From positions 2,432,001 to 2,496,000 of the forward strand of contig OZ242195.1 in assembly GCA_965205975.1 (NCBI GenBank): a stretch of 64,000 nt of DNA, read 5' to 3'. Positions within the stretch are counted from its first letter, which is position 1. Each line of letters begins with the position of its first letter. The notes below the pieces were generated by a model. That model ran no database searches, had not been told where the DNA came from, and worked only from the letters and a program-made list of their open reading frames with translations. The translations under genes and the position numbers were made by a program. Shown in pieces: positions 18,757-30,564 of this stretch. This DNA is from Candidatus Latescibacterota bacterium (lineage in GTDB: Bacteria > Latescibacterota > UBA2968).

Positions 18757-19602
18757 TCACCTATCAATCCACTTATACGCAGCTTTTGAATTTTTCCAGA
18801 AGAACTTCTCCATCGCCTCCGGTCCCTTGGTCTCAATATAATGGGTGACAATACTGAGCACCGTCTCATAGGGCGCTGCGCGTTCGCACACGAGCCAATT
18901 GCTGCCATAGACCAGGCGGTCTTCACCAAAAGCATGCCATAACACATCGAGCGTAGGCACATAATAAGCCGGATCGTCGGGGGCGGGTTGTTGTGCTGCG
19001 CGTTCAACCATGCCAGACACCTTGCAATACACATTGGAGTATTTAGCAATGACTTGGATACCCTGAACCCATTCGGGATCGGGCGCTTCACCCGTCACTT
19101 CCACATGTGCAACATGGTCAATAACAATGCGCAGACTGGGAATTTGCTCGGCAATAACAGCATTGATGGGCAACTGTTTGCTATTCGTCATCAAATCGAG
19201 TTGCAAATCGCGGTCAGCCAATTTTTGGAGTTGTGGCATAAGAGCATCTTGATCTTCCAAACTACCCCTCTGAAGTCCCAGACGAATCCCCCGATAGAGC
19301 GGATTGGCTGAAAAGCGGTCGAGATTCTTCTCAAAATCTTCGGTCTGGGGATCCAGACGCCCCACAAACCCGACAATACAGGGATTGTCTGCTGCGAGAT
19401 CCAGGATCCACTGATTGTCTTCAACGAGCTTGCTGGCTTCAACCACAACCGTACCCCTCACCCCCATCTTTTCGGTGCGTTCAACAAAGTGTTGCGGCAA
19501 AATGGGGCGATAGAGCAATTCATTGTCTTCGGGCGGCCAGGGAACGCCACCGGGTCGGGTTGTATCGTAAAAATGAACATGCGTATCAATGATCATGGAC
19601 AT
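18757..19602 (-). CDS. Amidohydrolase_2-family protein (sugar lactonase-like)
   Basis: IDTHVHF, VIDH, YCKVSG, FGEDRLVYGSNW. Confidence 0.88.
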   Translation of the reverse strand: MSMIIDTHVHFYDTTRPGGVPWPPEDNELLYRPILPQHFVERTEKMGVRGTVVVEASKLVEDNQWILDLAADNPCIVGFVGRLDPQTEDFEKNLDRFSANPLYRGIRLGLQRGSLEDQDALMPQLQKLADRDLQLDLMTNSKQLPINAVIAEQIPSLRIVIDHVAHVEVTGEAPDPEWVQGIQVIAKYSNVYCKVSGMVERAAQQPAPDDPAYYVPTLDVLWHAFGEDRLVYGSNWLVCERAAPYETVLSIVTHYIETKGPEAMEKFFWKNSKAAYKWIDR

Positions 19603-19619
19603 ATCCTTTCCGATCGAGA

Positions 19620-20492
19620 TTATTTAATTCCCGCCATTTTTCTCAGCACATCGACAATGGCAGAATTGTCCTGTTCTGCAAGACCGAGCGCAACGCCCGT
19701 GCGCAAAAGTTGGGCGTGAAGCCCGGTTACGGGCAAAGGCGTTTCCGTGCGCGCGCCGAGATCGAGGATGAGTTCCACATCTTTTAAGTGCTGATCCAAT
19801 GCGGCCTGAGTGGTAAAATCTCCGGTGATCATTTTTTCGCCTTTAATATCCATCACGCGAGAATACGCGCCACCCATCTTAAAAACATCGAGCAAAACAT
19901 CGATATCCACCCCTGTTTTTTGCGCGAGAACAAGCCCCTCGGCCAGTACGAGACGGTTGAGACCGAGCACGAGATTGACAATGAGTTTGGCTTCCGCACC
20001 TTTGCCCGAAGGCCCCATGTGAAAGGTCCTGAGCGAGAAGGCTTCAAAAATATCTGTACACAGTTCAAAGACAGGTAAAGTACCGCCGACCATCACGAGA
20101 ACATCTGATTCGCGCACCTGCTTGCTGGATCCGAGAATAGTCGCATCGAGAAAGCGAATACTCCTGCTTTCAAGGCGTTTGGCAAGCGCAGTTGACATCT
20201 GCGGATCAGCTGTGGTAGTATCCACAATAATTGCGCCGGGAGATGCCGCAGACAAAACGCCCCTCGCACCTGTAACCACATCGTTGACAACATGGGAGTC
20301 GGGAAGCGAAAGAACGACGCGGCGCGCTTTATCGGCGACATCGGCTGGCGATTTGCAGGGCGAAAAACCATCGCCTTCATGTGCTTTTACTTTTTCGGGA
20401 TCAATATCATACCCCGCAATTTCTAAACCTTTGTCGCGAAAGCGTTCAACAAGTGCGGACCCGACGAGTCCAAGTCCGATAAGACCGAGCAT
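19620..20492 (-). CDS. NAD(P)-dependent oxidoreductase, beta-hydroxyacid dehydrogenase family
   Basis: GLIGLGLVG Rossmann motif, FLDA, catalytic KLIVN. Confidence 0.9.
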   Translation of the reverse strand: MLGLIGLGLVGSALVERFRDKGLEIAGYDIDPEKVKAHEGDGFSPCKSPADVADKARRVVLSLPDSHVVNDVVTGARGVLSAASPGAIIVDTTTADPQMSTALAKRLESRSIRFLDATILGSSKQVRESDVLVMVGGTLPVFELCTDIFEAFSLRTFHMGPSGKGAEAKLIVNLVLGLNRLVLAEGLVLAQKTGVDIDVLLDVFKMGGAYSRVMDIKGEKMITGDFTTQAALDQHLKDVELILDLGARTETPLPVTGLHAQLLRTGVALGLAEQDNSAIVDVLRKMAGIK

Positions 20493-20693
20493 GGGACCTC
20501 CTGAAAAAAATAGTAAACCGTCGCACACGGCTTAAGAATATATCAAATCTTAAAACAAATAGGATCAGTACTTACAAAAATACTGTACAATCAGATTCTT
20601 GCCAAATAAGAAAATAGTATTGAATCCCTGCGGGCATTGTTTATCTTAAGACCATAACAATATGTCCGAAAACACTCACAACAGGAGCTATAA

Positions 20694-21446
20694 ATGAGTC
20701 TGGAACCCATTCAAACACCGGATATAGAACGCCCACCAAAAGCATTGATCGACGCGTTATCACATATTGGCAGCGCCACAGCCAGTGGAGAATTATTTAA
20801 GCTGGGCATTCGCAATGCCCAGATCTTGGGACCTCTCCCCCGAACGCCGGGCAAATCAATTTGCGGCCCGGCACTGACGCTGCAATTTATGCCCAAACGA
20901 GAAGATCTGCATTCATCGGGAGAATACCAGGGTCCAGAAAGACAACTGCATCGCCACGTGTTGTATCACACACAACCGGGCGATGTGGTCGTAGTCGATG
21001 CTCGGGGCGACTTGAGTAGTGGCGTTTTTGGCGAGATGATGCTAACCTATTTTTGCGGCCAGGGGGGGCAGGGTGCGATTGTCGATGGCTGTATTCGCGA
21101 TTTTCCCCACGCCAGGGAATTGAACCTCGGCTTATGGCTCAAAGGAACAACGCCCAATTTTCACGCACAAACCAACATCTTCCCCCACGCCGTGAATATC
21201 CCGATAGCGTGTGGTGATACACTTGTAATGCCCGGCGATATTATTATTGCCGACGACGATGGCGCCGTGGTAGTGCCAATTAAACTCGCGCCTGAATTGG
21301 CAGAAAAAGCGACCGAACACGCCGAATGGGAAGTTTTCAGCCGAATGAAACTCGCCGAAGGCGGCGACCTGCGGAAATATTATCCACTCACAGATGAAGC
21401 GCGTATTGAATATGAAGCGTGGCAAAAGGAACAAGGCGAGACATAA
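20694..21446 (+). CDS. RraA / HMG-aldolase-family protein
   Basis: GDVVVVDARG...FGEMM, DGCIRD, PGDIIIADDDGAVVVP. Confidence 0.88.
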   Translation: MSLEPIQTPDIERPPKALIDALSHIGSATASGELFKLGIRNAQILGPLPRTPGKSICGPALTLQFMPKREDLHSSGEYQGPERQLHRHVLYHTQPGDVVVVDARGDLSSGVFGEMMLTYFCGQGGQGAIVDGCIRDFPHARELNLGLWLKGTTPNFHAQTNIFPHAVNIPIACGDTLVMPGDIIIADDDGAVVVPIKLAPELAEKATEHAEWEVFSRMKLAEGGDLRKYYPLTDEARIEYEAWQKEQGET

Positions 21447-21481
21447 AACGCAAGCGGTCAGACTTTGCCTGGTGTGAAGCT

Positions 21482-22420
21482 TTACGCCTGCGCGTGTCTG
21501 GCCGCGCCTAAAATCCCCGCATCATCGCCCAGTTCAGCGGAAACAATCTGCACATGTTCTTTTACACCAACAGTACCGCGATCCCAAAAAGTTCGCATCG
21601 CCGGCTCAAAAACCCAATCGCCCGCCTGCGCCAATCCGCCCGTTAGCGCAACGCGATCCACATTTAAAATATTTACCAGACTCACCAACCCCACACCGAG
21701 GAAAAACCCCGTTTCTTCAAACATCTGCATCGCAAAATCATCACTTGCCTCTGCCGCTTGAAAAATAACCTGTGTGGTCAACCCCTCAGCTTTCAGAGAT
21801 GTCTCCGGTTTTTCCCCTTCAAGTCTTTCCAGCGTGCGGCGCACCATGGCCGTCGCCGATGCATACATCTCCAAACATCCAAAATTGCCACACGGACAGC
21901 GCGGCCCATTGTGATCCACTGTAATATGCCCCACCTCGGCCGCATTGCCATTAAACCCGTGCATAACTCGCCCCTCGCTGATCCACCCACCGCCAACCCC
22001 TGTCCCCAGGGTCACGCACAAAAAGTGATCAACACCTCGACCAGCTCCCAGCCATTGCTCGCCATAAGCCGCTAAATTTGCATCATTATCCACCACCACG
22101 CCCAGACCGAGCAATGCCTCCAGGCGATCCTTTAACCGCACACCGTGCATACACTGCAAATTCTCGGGCGATATAATCACACCATCAAACGGATCTAATG
22201 GACCTGGCGCACCAACCCCTACACCCTGTACTTCTCCCAGTGAAATCCCGCCATCCCGCGCAGCCGCACGCGCACATTCGGCAATACCATTTATCACACC
22301 CTCAGCACCCAGATGCAATCGCGTCGGTCCCCGCGCCCTGCCCACAATCTCACCCGACGTTGTCACAAGCCCCGCACGCGTATTGGTGCCCCCTAAATCT
22401 ATGCCAATCGTCAAACTCAT
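21482..22420 (-). CDS. ROK-family sugar kinase (glucokinase-like)
   Basis: IGIDLGGTN, DNDAN, TLGTGVGGG, EVGH...CPCGNFGCLE. Confidence 0.93.
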   Translation of the reverse strand: MSLTIGIDLGGTNTRAGLVTTSGEIVGRARGPTRLHLGAEGVINGIAECARAAARDGGISLGEVQGVGVGAPGPLDPFDGVIISPENLQCMHGVRLKDRLEALLGLGVVVDNDANLAAYGEQWLGAGRGVDHFLCVTLGTGVGGGWISEGRVMHGFNGNAAEVGHITVDHNGPRCPCGNFGCLEMYASATAMVRRTLERLEGEKPETSLKAEGLTTQVIFQAAEASDDFAMQMFEETGFFLGVGLVSLVNILNVDRVALTGGLAQAGDWVFEPAMRTFWDRGTVGVKEHVQIVSAELGDDAGILGAARHAQA

Positions 22421-23058
22421 TTTTTCACTCGCGCCTGCGCCACAGCATCGACGAAAGATTTTGCCGTTGCCGTCAAAGATGCCCAGTCTTTATTATCCAC
22501 AGCCGCCTTATCGACCATCGCGCTGCCAGCCCCCACAGCCACCGCGCCATTCTTGATAAACTCGGGCGTTGTATTGGCATCCACCCCACCCGTGGGCATG
22601 AGCTTCACCTGCGGCAAAGGACCCAGAATATCCTTAAAATAAGACGGTCCTCCCACGCCAGCGGGAAACACCTTGACCACATCGGCTCCTGCTTGCCATG
22701 CCGTCAAAATTTCTGTGGGCGTAAACCCGGCGGGCATCACGGCCTTGCCATACCGCTTGCTCATCTCGATCACCGCCGTATTCAAAATGGGACTCACCAC
22801 ATATTCTGCGCCGGATAGAATCGCTGCCCGCGCCGTCTCTGGATCGAGCACAGACCCCACCCCAATAATCGTATCTTCCATCTTTGCCGACGCTTCTTCA
22901 ATCACCTTCAGCGCTCCCGGCACCGTCATCGTCACCTCAATCGCCACCACACCGCCTTCGCGCAACGCTTTTGACACATCCATCAACTGCGACGGATTAT
23001 CTGCCCGCAACACGGCAACCACACCGCAGTCAATAATGCGACCTACAGTACTTGACAT
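22417..23058 (-). CDS. eda: KDPG/KHG aldolase
   Basis: VAVLR, IEVT, TPTE, VKVFPA, MPTGGV. Confidence 0.93.
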   Translation of the reverse strand: MSSTVGRIIDCGVVAVLRADNPSQLMDVSKALREGGVVAIEVTMTVPGALKVIEEASAKMEDTIIGVGSVLDPETARAAILSGAEYVVSPILNTAVIEMSKRYGKAVMPAGFTPTEILTAWQAGADVVKVFPAGVGGPSYFKDILGPLPQVKLMPTGGVDANTTPEFIKNGAVAVGAGSAMVDKAAVDNKDWASLTATAKSFVDAVAQARVKK

Positions 23059-23078
23059 TTTTCCTCCCCAAAATTAAA

Positions 23079-23101
23079 CCTCTCTCCAAAATAGAGAGAG
23101 G
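23079..23101 (-). terminator. Hairpin between kdgK and eda
   Basis: cctctctc-caaaata-gagagagg; followed on the minus strand by TTTAATTTT. Confidence 0.4.
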
Positions 23102-23132
23102 CGTTATGTTATTGGCACATCCATCTCGGATT

Positions 23133-24176
23133 CTATCGTCTAATCCGCGCGCTCTCACCCTTCATCGCACTCTCGGCTTCCGATCGCGTAGCCCAGTTCA
23201 CATCTCCGGGGAACGTATGTGCCAGAGCCGAATAAGCCCCTGCGAAATCCACGATATCCTGAGCTGGCTTGTCCTCGAGTACCCCAGCAATAATACCCGC
23301 TGAAAAATTATCGCCACCCCCTACGCGATCCACCATCTCCAAATTTTCATAAATGCGCGAAAAATAAAACTCACTGCCATCGTAAAGCAGCGTGCGCCAG
23401 TCATTTAGCAATCCGGTCTTCGCTACGCGCAGAGTCGTGCCCACAAGCGTCACATTGGGGTATTGCGATACGGCCTTGCGCGCGACATCTTTATAGCTCT
23501 CCGGATCCAGCGCATCGTAATCACCCGACGTGCCTTCGGCTTTAAGCCCCATCGTCTTTTCAAAATCCTCTTCATTGCCGATAAGCACCTGCACATGCGG
23601 AATACACTTTGCAATCGTCTCCTGCGCTTGTTCTTCACGCCACAATTTAGATCTGAAATTGAGATCAAAACTCGTGGTCACGCCTGCATCGCGGGCTGCT
23701 ACCAGCGCTTCTACCGTGGTCTCTGCCGCACCTTCGGACAACGCGGGTGTAATCCCACTGACGTGAAACCACTTGCTCCCTTCAAAAATAGATGCCCAAT
23801 CCACCATCCCGGGTTTGATATTCATAATCGCGGTATGACCTCTGTCATACGTCACGGCACTCGCTCGCGGTCCCACACCCACTTCCATGTGATAAAATCC
23901 ATTGCGCTCAAGCCCCACACCATCAAAATCCGTCCACAAAATATTGGACATATCCACCCCGTGCTCGCGCCCTTTGTTGCGAATAATCCAACCCGTCCAA
24001 TTATCGACCAAACGGGACACCCACGCCGCCTTCAAACCCAAATGCGCGCAACCGACCGCGACATTGTATTCCCCCCCACCGATCTCGACATCGAGTTTAC
24101 TCGCATTCTCCAATCGGCGGTATTCTGGCGAAGACAACCGAATCATCGCCTCGCCAAAAGTCACGACATCGTACAT
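23133..24176 (-). CDS. kdgK: 2-keto-3-deoxygluconate kinase (PfkB family)
   Basis: VVTFGEAMIRLS, GGGEYNVA, FDLNFRSKLW, DRVGGGD; adjacent to eda. Confidence 0.85.
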   Translation of the reverse strand: MYDVVTFGEAMIRLSSPEYRRLENASKLDVEIGGGEYNVAVGCAHLGLKAAWVSRLVDNWTGWIIRNKGREHGVDMSNILWTDFDGVGLERNGFYHMEVGVGPRASAVTYDRGHTAIMNIKPGMVDWASIFEGSKWFHVSGITPALSEGAAETTVEALVAARDAGVTTSFDLNFRSKLWREEQAQETIAKCIPHVQVLIGNEEDFEKTMGLKAEGTSGDYDALDPESYKDVARKAVSQYPNVTLVGTTLRVAKTGLLNDWRTLLYDGSEFYFSRIYENLEMVDRVGGGDNFSAGIIAGVLEDKPAQDIVDFAGAYSALAHTFPGDVNWATRSEAESAMKGESARIRR

Positions 24177-24204
24177 ATAGTCCTCCCTAAAAATTAGCAG
24201 TCAG

Positions 24205-24885
24205 CTACTCATCCGAGCCACCCAGAAAGCCAGCCATCCACAACAGGCGCAACAACTCCAAAATTGCCACCAGTGCCGATGCAACATAAGTCAGCGCAGC
24301 AGCATTCAAAACTTTGCGCGAAGCGGGAATCTCCTCAGGTGTCAAATAGCCCCCATCGGCCAAAATCTGAATAGCCCGACTACTCGCATTAAACTCAACC
24401 GGCAGAGTAACAATACTGAAGATCACAGCCGCAGAAAAGAACACAATGCCCAAAAAAATGAGCTCAAACCAGCTAAAAAGAAACCCGGCAATAAGAAAAA
24501 CCCACGCCATCTTTGACCCAATATTTGCAACTGGAACCAGACTCGTCCGCAGAGACAGGGGCACATATCCCTGTGCGTGTTGAAACGCATGCCCGGCTTC
24601 GTGAGCAGCCACACCAATCGCAGCTAAGGAGCGATTCCCGTACACACTTTCCGACAGACGCAACATGCGATCTCTCGGATCGTAGTGATCTGTCAAATGC
24701 CCCTGCACAGGCTCCACGCCCACGGGCAAACCGCCTTGACGCAAAATATCTCGCGCGACCTGATCTGCAGTCGCACCGCTTCTCGCAACAAACTCATCGT
24801 ATTTGCGAAACGTGCGCTTCACCTTAAATTGCGCCCACAGCGTAATAGCTATTCCCACAAACATCACCATCAGACCTTCCAGCAT
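24205..24885 (-). CDS. Membrane zinc metallopeptidase (YugP / Zn_peptidase_2 family)
   Basis: LTDHYDP, AAHEAGHA, TLPVEFNASSRA, AAALTYVA; SD GGAGG 8 nt before ATG 24885. Confidence 0.92.
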   Translation of the reverse strand: MLEGLMVMFVGIAITLWAQFKVKRTFRKYDEFVARSGATADQVARDILRQGGLPVGVEPVQGHLTDHYDPRDRMLRLSESVYGNRSLAAIGVAAHEAGHAFQHAQGYVPLSLRTSLVPVANIGSKMAWVFLIAGFLFSWFELIFLGIVFFSAAVIFSIVTLPVEFNASSRAIQILADGGYLTPEEIPASRKVLNAAALTYVASALVAILELLRLLWMAGFLGGSDE

Positions 24886-24934
24886 GACCATCACCTCCTG
24901 AAACAGTTGTCGGCCCATGACCCCGATGTGATTC

Positions 24935-25714
24935 CTAATCGGATTTCGTCGCATCTCTGTAACGGTTCTTCAAAGACGAATCGTTTTCTCTAAGAACACG
25001 AGGTTTAAGATCGGCAGGCTTATGATGATTTTGTCCTGAAGCCTCACCACTATGTTGAGTCTCAGACCTGCGGCTCTGAGAAGACTGCTGAGAGTTATCT
25101 TGTTGCTTTGTCATGTTGATCTCCTTGAGATTTGTTACGTGAACTCGATGGGTTTTCTCGCCTTGAGTCAATAGATAGTAAGGTACGGACGAAATCAAAA
25201 GTGCTACCAACCCACAGGTTATGGCGATTTTTGCTTTGTTGAGATAAGACAACTTCTCTTGATTGTTCTCAAAGTTCTTATGGGCTGACTCTTCGTACTG
25301 ATCCAGAAGATTCCTCTTGATGTCCACCTCTATAAGTTCTTGAATGTTCTCCCTATCATTGTGCTGGTAGTAATCTTCAAGTTGATGAACTTGTTCTCTC
25401 CATTCTAAGGGCGTGCTCAGGTAGTAGTAATCCCACTTGATGTATGCACGAAGCAGAAAGTATATAGCTATCACAATGGCGATGAGGAGGCTACCTGCGG
25501 CGATAACAAATATCGCACCAGCAAAACCAGGCAGACTCTGTGGAACCTTCTCCGCAAACAGGGCAACTACGCCAGCAAGAAGAGCCACTATGCCAGCAGG
25601 AAACGATAAGCTCGCATTGATTCTATCCTTGCGCTCAATCTCCATCTCGTATGTGTGCTGTGCAAAATCGAATAGAGAGTCTTGCAATTCAGTATTTTCC
25701 TTTGTTCTATCCAC
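24935..25714 (-). CDS. Hypothetical three-TM membrane protein with low-complexity C-terminal tail
   Basis: GTG start just after the fmt stop; three hydrophobic segments; N..N..K motif before the last helix. The ORF-track extension overlaps fmt. Confidence 0.65.
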   Translation of the reverse strand: MDRTKENTELQDSLFDFAQHTYEMEIERKDRINASLSFPAGIVALLAGVVALFAEKVPQSLPGFAGAIFVIAAGSLLIAIVIAIYFLLRAYIKWDYYYLSTPLEWREQVHQLEDYYQHNDRENIQELIEVDIKRNLLDQYEESAHKNFENNQEKLSYLNKAKIAITCGLVALLISSVPYYLLTQGEKTHRVHVTNLKEINMTKQQDNSQQSSQSRRSETQHSGEASGQNHHKPADLKPRVLRENDSSLKNRYRDATKSD

Positions 25715-25718
25715 TGCC

Positions 25719-26654
25719 CTACCCCAATCTCTCCCCAACCGCAATGCGATATCCCCGCACAAAATCAGCACCAGACATCCGCTTTTTACCTGCCGGTTGC
25801 ACCTCGTCCAGCACGAGAACGCCTTCGCCCGTTCCCACAACAAGTCCGCGTTTGCCATCTGCACCAATCACAGTACCCGCTTCTCCCATCTCCGTCTCAA
25901 CCGTTGCCCGGTGAACCTTCAGTAATTTATTCTGCCAGAGTGTAAACGCTCCCGGAAAGGGATTGGTTCCCCGAATGAGATTGCGGATATCTCCAGCACC
26001 TTTTGACCAGTCAATCTCGCCATCTTCTTTCTCTAATTTTGGAGCGCGACTCACGCCCTCATCCGTCTGTGGCACGGGAATAACAGAACCATCTGCCAGG
26101 CCATCAATAGCCCGAATGAGCAACTCAGCACCCATCACCTTCAACCGCTCATACAGTTCGCCCGCCGTCTCATCGTCCCCAATCGCCACCTTTTGCTGAA
26201 TTAAAATATCGCCAGCATCCACGCGCGGCGACAATTGAAAAATAGTCACACCCGTCTCGGTCTCACCATTGATAATTGCCCATTGAATCGGTGCTGCCCC
26301 GCGGTATTTTGGCAATAGAGAGGGATGGACATTCACAGAACCCAATTTGGGAATTGCCAGTACAGAACGCGGCAAAATCAGAAAAGCCACCACTGCAAAT
26401 AAATCTGGTTCCAAAGCCTGCAACTGCGCGTAAAAATTCTCATCTCTAAGCGACTCGGGCTGCAAAACCGGCACATCCAACCCCAGCGACACAACCTCAG
26501 CCTTCACATCGGTTGGTTGCATCTGCTGCCCCCGACCGCGTGGCCTATCTGGCCGCGTCACCACGCCTACAAGATCATGACCGCTTTGAGCCACGCTCAC
26601 AAGCGACGGCACCGCAAAATCGGGCGTGCCCATAAACACTACCCTCATCGCCAA
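25719..26654 (-). CDS. fmt: Methionyl-tRNA formyltransferase
   Basis: VFMGTPDFAVPSL, NVHPSLLPKYRGAAPIQ, DAGDI. Confidence 0.97.
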   Translation of the reverse strand: MAMRVVFMGTPDFAVPSLVSVAQSGHDLVGVVTRPDRPRGRGQQMQPTDVKAEVVSLGLDVPVLQPESLRDENFYAQLQALEPDLFAVVAFLILPRSVLAIPKLGSVNVHPSLLPKYRGAAPIQWAIINGETETGVTIFQLSPRVDAGDILIQQKVAIGDDETAGELYERLKVMGAELLIRAIDGLADGSVIPVPQTDEGVSRAPKLEKEDGEIDWSKGAGDIRNLIRGTNPFPGAFTLWQNKLLKVHRATVETEMGEAGTVIGADGKRGLVVGTGEGVLVLDEVQPAGKKRMSGADFVRGYRIAVGERLG

Positions 26655-26668
26655 ATTTCACCTTTCTA

Positions 26669-28298
<1,630 letters not shown>

Positions 28299-28300
28299 TC

Positions 28301-28329
28301 AATATAACATCTCATCTCTCATGCGTCAA
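28301..28329 (-). promoter_or_regulatory. Sigma70 promoter for tgt-yajC-fmt
   Basis: TTGACG-17 nt-TATATT with a TGn extension. Confidence 0.7.
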
Positions 28330-29555
28330 GGAACAGAAGTGTGAACTGCTTCTTCCGCCAGGACAAATACAAACCCCTGTTCTGCCAACTCGGGTAACAT
28401 GCGTTGCAATGCCCGTAGCATATTGGGTTTTGCATGCCCAATGCCAATCGCCGTACCTTCATGCCGTGCGTGTGCAGCGAGCCTGTACAATCGCTTGACC
28501 ACCGCGTCCTCGTCTTCGACGATATCCAAAAATAACGCATTGCGACCACTGGGAATACCCATATCCCGCGCGATTGCATAAGCCACCGATTGGGGTGACG
28601 TGACACTATCGATAAAAAAGAAATTCCATCGTTGCACGACTCGCAACACCGCTCTCATCGCTTCAAAATTTTGTGTTAAGCGAGACCCCATGTGATTGTT
28701 TATCCCCTTCGCATAGGGCACGGACGCAAGGGCATCCTGGGTCAACTCAGCAATCTTTTCCGGCGCGTAATCCAAAAAAATCGCATTGGGACCTGGATCG
28801 CGCTCTGGATAGTCTATCGGTTCCATAGGCAAATGAACCATCACGCCGTGATTTTTCTCAATAGCCTGTTGCGCTATCCATGCCGTATGCTTCTCGCCGG
28901 GAAAAATCGAAAATGTAATCGGCTGTGGCAACTCACAAAAAGACAGAATTAAATTCTGATCCTGATATCCAAAATCATCGATCACAATGGCAATACGCCC
29001 CGCGAGGCGCTCGAGTTCTTTATTCTGCTCAAACCTGAACAAATTGGTCTGCTTATCATTCAAACCCACGCGAAGCCACAATACATTACCCTGTCGGTCT
29101 TCGCTACCTTCAATGACTGCCCCACCCAATTCATGCGCCAGATGGGTCAAAGACAGATTGCAAACAGCCAGTGGCAGAGCATCGGGCACTTTCGACTGCA
29201 CTTCCCAACGCACTTCGCCTTTGGACAAACGCACTTCTTTAATCACCTCAGGAGGAACGCCCAGCCCGATCAACACCTCTTTTGCTCTCACAACCATTGT
29301 ATCGGCAAATGCGACAATATCTTCTGGGCCAGCTTTCCATCTTGGTGTCTCTTCGAGGGGAAGTACATATTCGACCGACTGTGGTCGCCAAAAATGTGAC
29401 CGCAGTCGCCAAAAATACGATCGCGGCAGCCAAAAATAGGCGGCCAATCCACCGGCGATCAGAATTACTATAACACAGGACACAACCCATAACCGAGGAG
29501 ATCGCCGCTTGCGAGCCATTTCCAATGGTCTTTTTTCGGACAAACGTTTCGCCAT
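28326..29555 (-). CDS. Divergent polysaccharide deacetylase family protein (YibQ-like), N-terminally anchored
   Basis: IAIVIDDFG, HLPMEP, NNHMGS, FIDSVT, AIGIGH. Confidence 0.9.
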   Translation of the reverse strand: MAKRLSEKRPLEMARKRRSPRLWVVSCVIVILIAGGLAAYFWLPRSYFWRLRSHFWRPQSVEYVLPLEETPRWKAGPEDIVAFADTMVVRAKEVLIGLGVPPEVIKEVRLSKGEVRWEVQSKVPDALPLAVCNLSLTHLAHELGGAVIEGSEDRQGNVLWLRVGLNDKQTNLFRFEQNKELERLAGRIAIVIDDFGYQDQNLILSFCELPQPITFSIFPGEKHTAWIAQQAIEKNHGVMVHLPMEPIDYPERDPGPNAIFLDYAPEKIAELTQDALASVPYAKGINNHMGSRLTQNFEAMRAVLRVVQRWNFFFIDSVTSPQSVAYAIARDMGIPSGRNALFLDIVEDEDAVVKRLYRLAAHARHEGTAIGIGHAKPNMLRALQRMLPELAEQGFVFVLAEEAVHTSVP

Positions 29556-29564
29556 TTTGAAGAC

Positions 29565-30545
29565 TCAATAAATCTGAATTGGATCGGGAATAAAACACAA
29601 TACAAAAATAGCCAGCGACGCGTACCCAATCCATCGCCGGACGGGATCCAATTCAACATCGGGATTTACAGGCGGCGGATGATGCCGTCCCATCAGCGCA
29701 GCCAACCCCAACCACACCAGCCAACCGATCCAGCGGGAATCATACCAGGCCCTGAACATAGATTGTGCATCCCACCAGTGGTAAGGCGGCGCGAATAACC
29801 ACATCAATGCCAATCCCACCATTGTCGCCCGAGAAATTAACCGGTGTTTCCCGCCAAAAATCGCATAGACAATATGCCCACCATCAAATTGTCCCATCGG
29901 CAACAAATTCAACACCGTTACAAACAACCCCAACCAGCCCGCAAAAGCCACCGGATGCAGCATCACATCATAACCCTCGGGCAGATCACCAATAACGCTT
30001 ATGCCCAACCAACCCGACAAGAGAGAATCACCCAGAGTAAGTGCGCCTTCCGGTATATCTCGTACCTCAATTACTTCCGACATGTGCAGACCAGCACTCA
30101 ACGCGATCACAGACATCACAAACCCGGCAATAGGCCCAGATGCGCCAATATCGATAAGCGCCCGCCGGTTCGGAATCTGAGATCGCAATTTGATCACTGC
30201 GCCCAGGGTACCAATAAAAGAGGGGAAGGGAATAAAATAGGGCAATGACGCGCGCACACCCCAGCGGCGCGAAGTCACATAATGCCCCATCTCGTGTATG
30301 CCCAAAATGATCAGCAACGTCGCAGAAAACGGCAAGCCATAGACCAAATAGCGAGGATCAATCAAAATATGCCAGTTATCGGGCATTGATGCCCATGTGG
30401 AAGACATGGGCATCCCCGCGACCGTCGTCGTGTACACAGTTGCCAAAAACAGCCCAACATGCAATCTCAAATTCTCCTGCGTCCTGGGCAAGGCCGTCTG
30501 CGTGGGAAAATACCGATTACCATTCAAATCGTCTGACACAATCAC
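29565..30545 (-). CDS. Site-2 protease (M50 family)
   Basis: HEMGH, GPIAG, NLLPMGQFDGGH; multiple TM segments. Confidence 0.92.
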   Translation of the reverse strand: MIVSDDLNGNRYFPTQTALPRTQENLRLHVGLFLATVYTTTVAGMPMSSTWASMPDNWHILIDPRYLVYGLPFSATLLIILGIHEMGHYVTSRRWGVRASLPYFIPFPSFIGTLGAVIKLRSQIPNRRALIDIGASGPIAGFVMSVIALSAGLHMSEVIEVRDIPEGALTLGDSLLSGWLGISVIGDLPEGYDVMLHPVAFAGWLGLFVTVLNLLPMGQFDGGHIVYAIFGGKHRLISRATMVGLALMWLFAPPYHWWDAQSMFRAWYDSRWIGWLVWLGLAALMGRHHPPPVNPDVELDPVRRWIGYASLAIFVLCFIPDPIQIY

Positions 30546-30564
30546 TCCTTATCCTTTTCACCTC

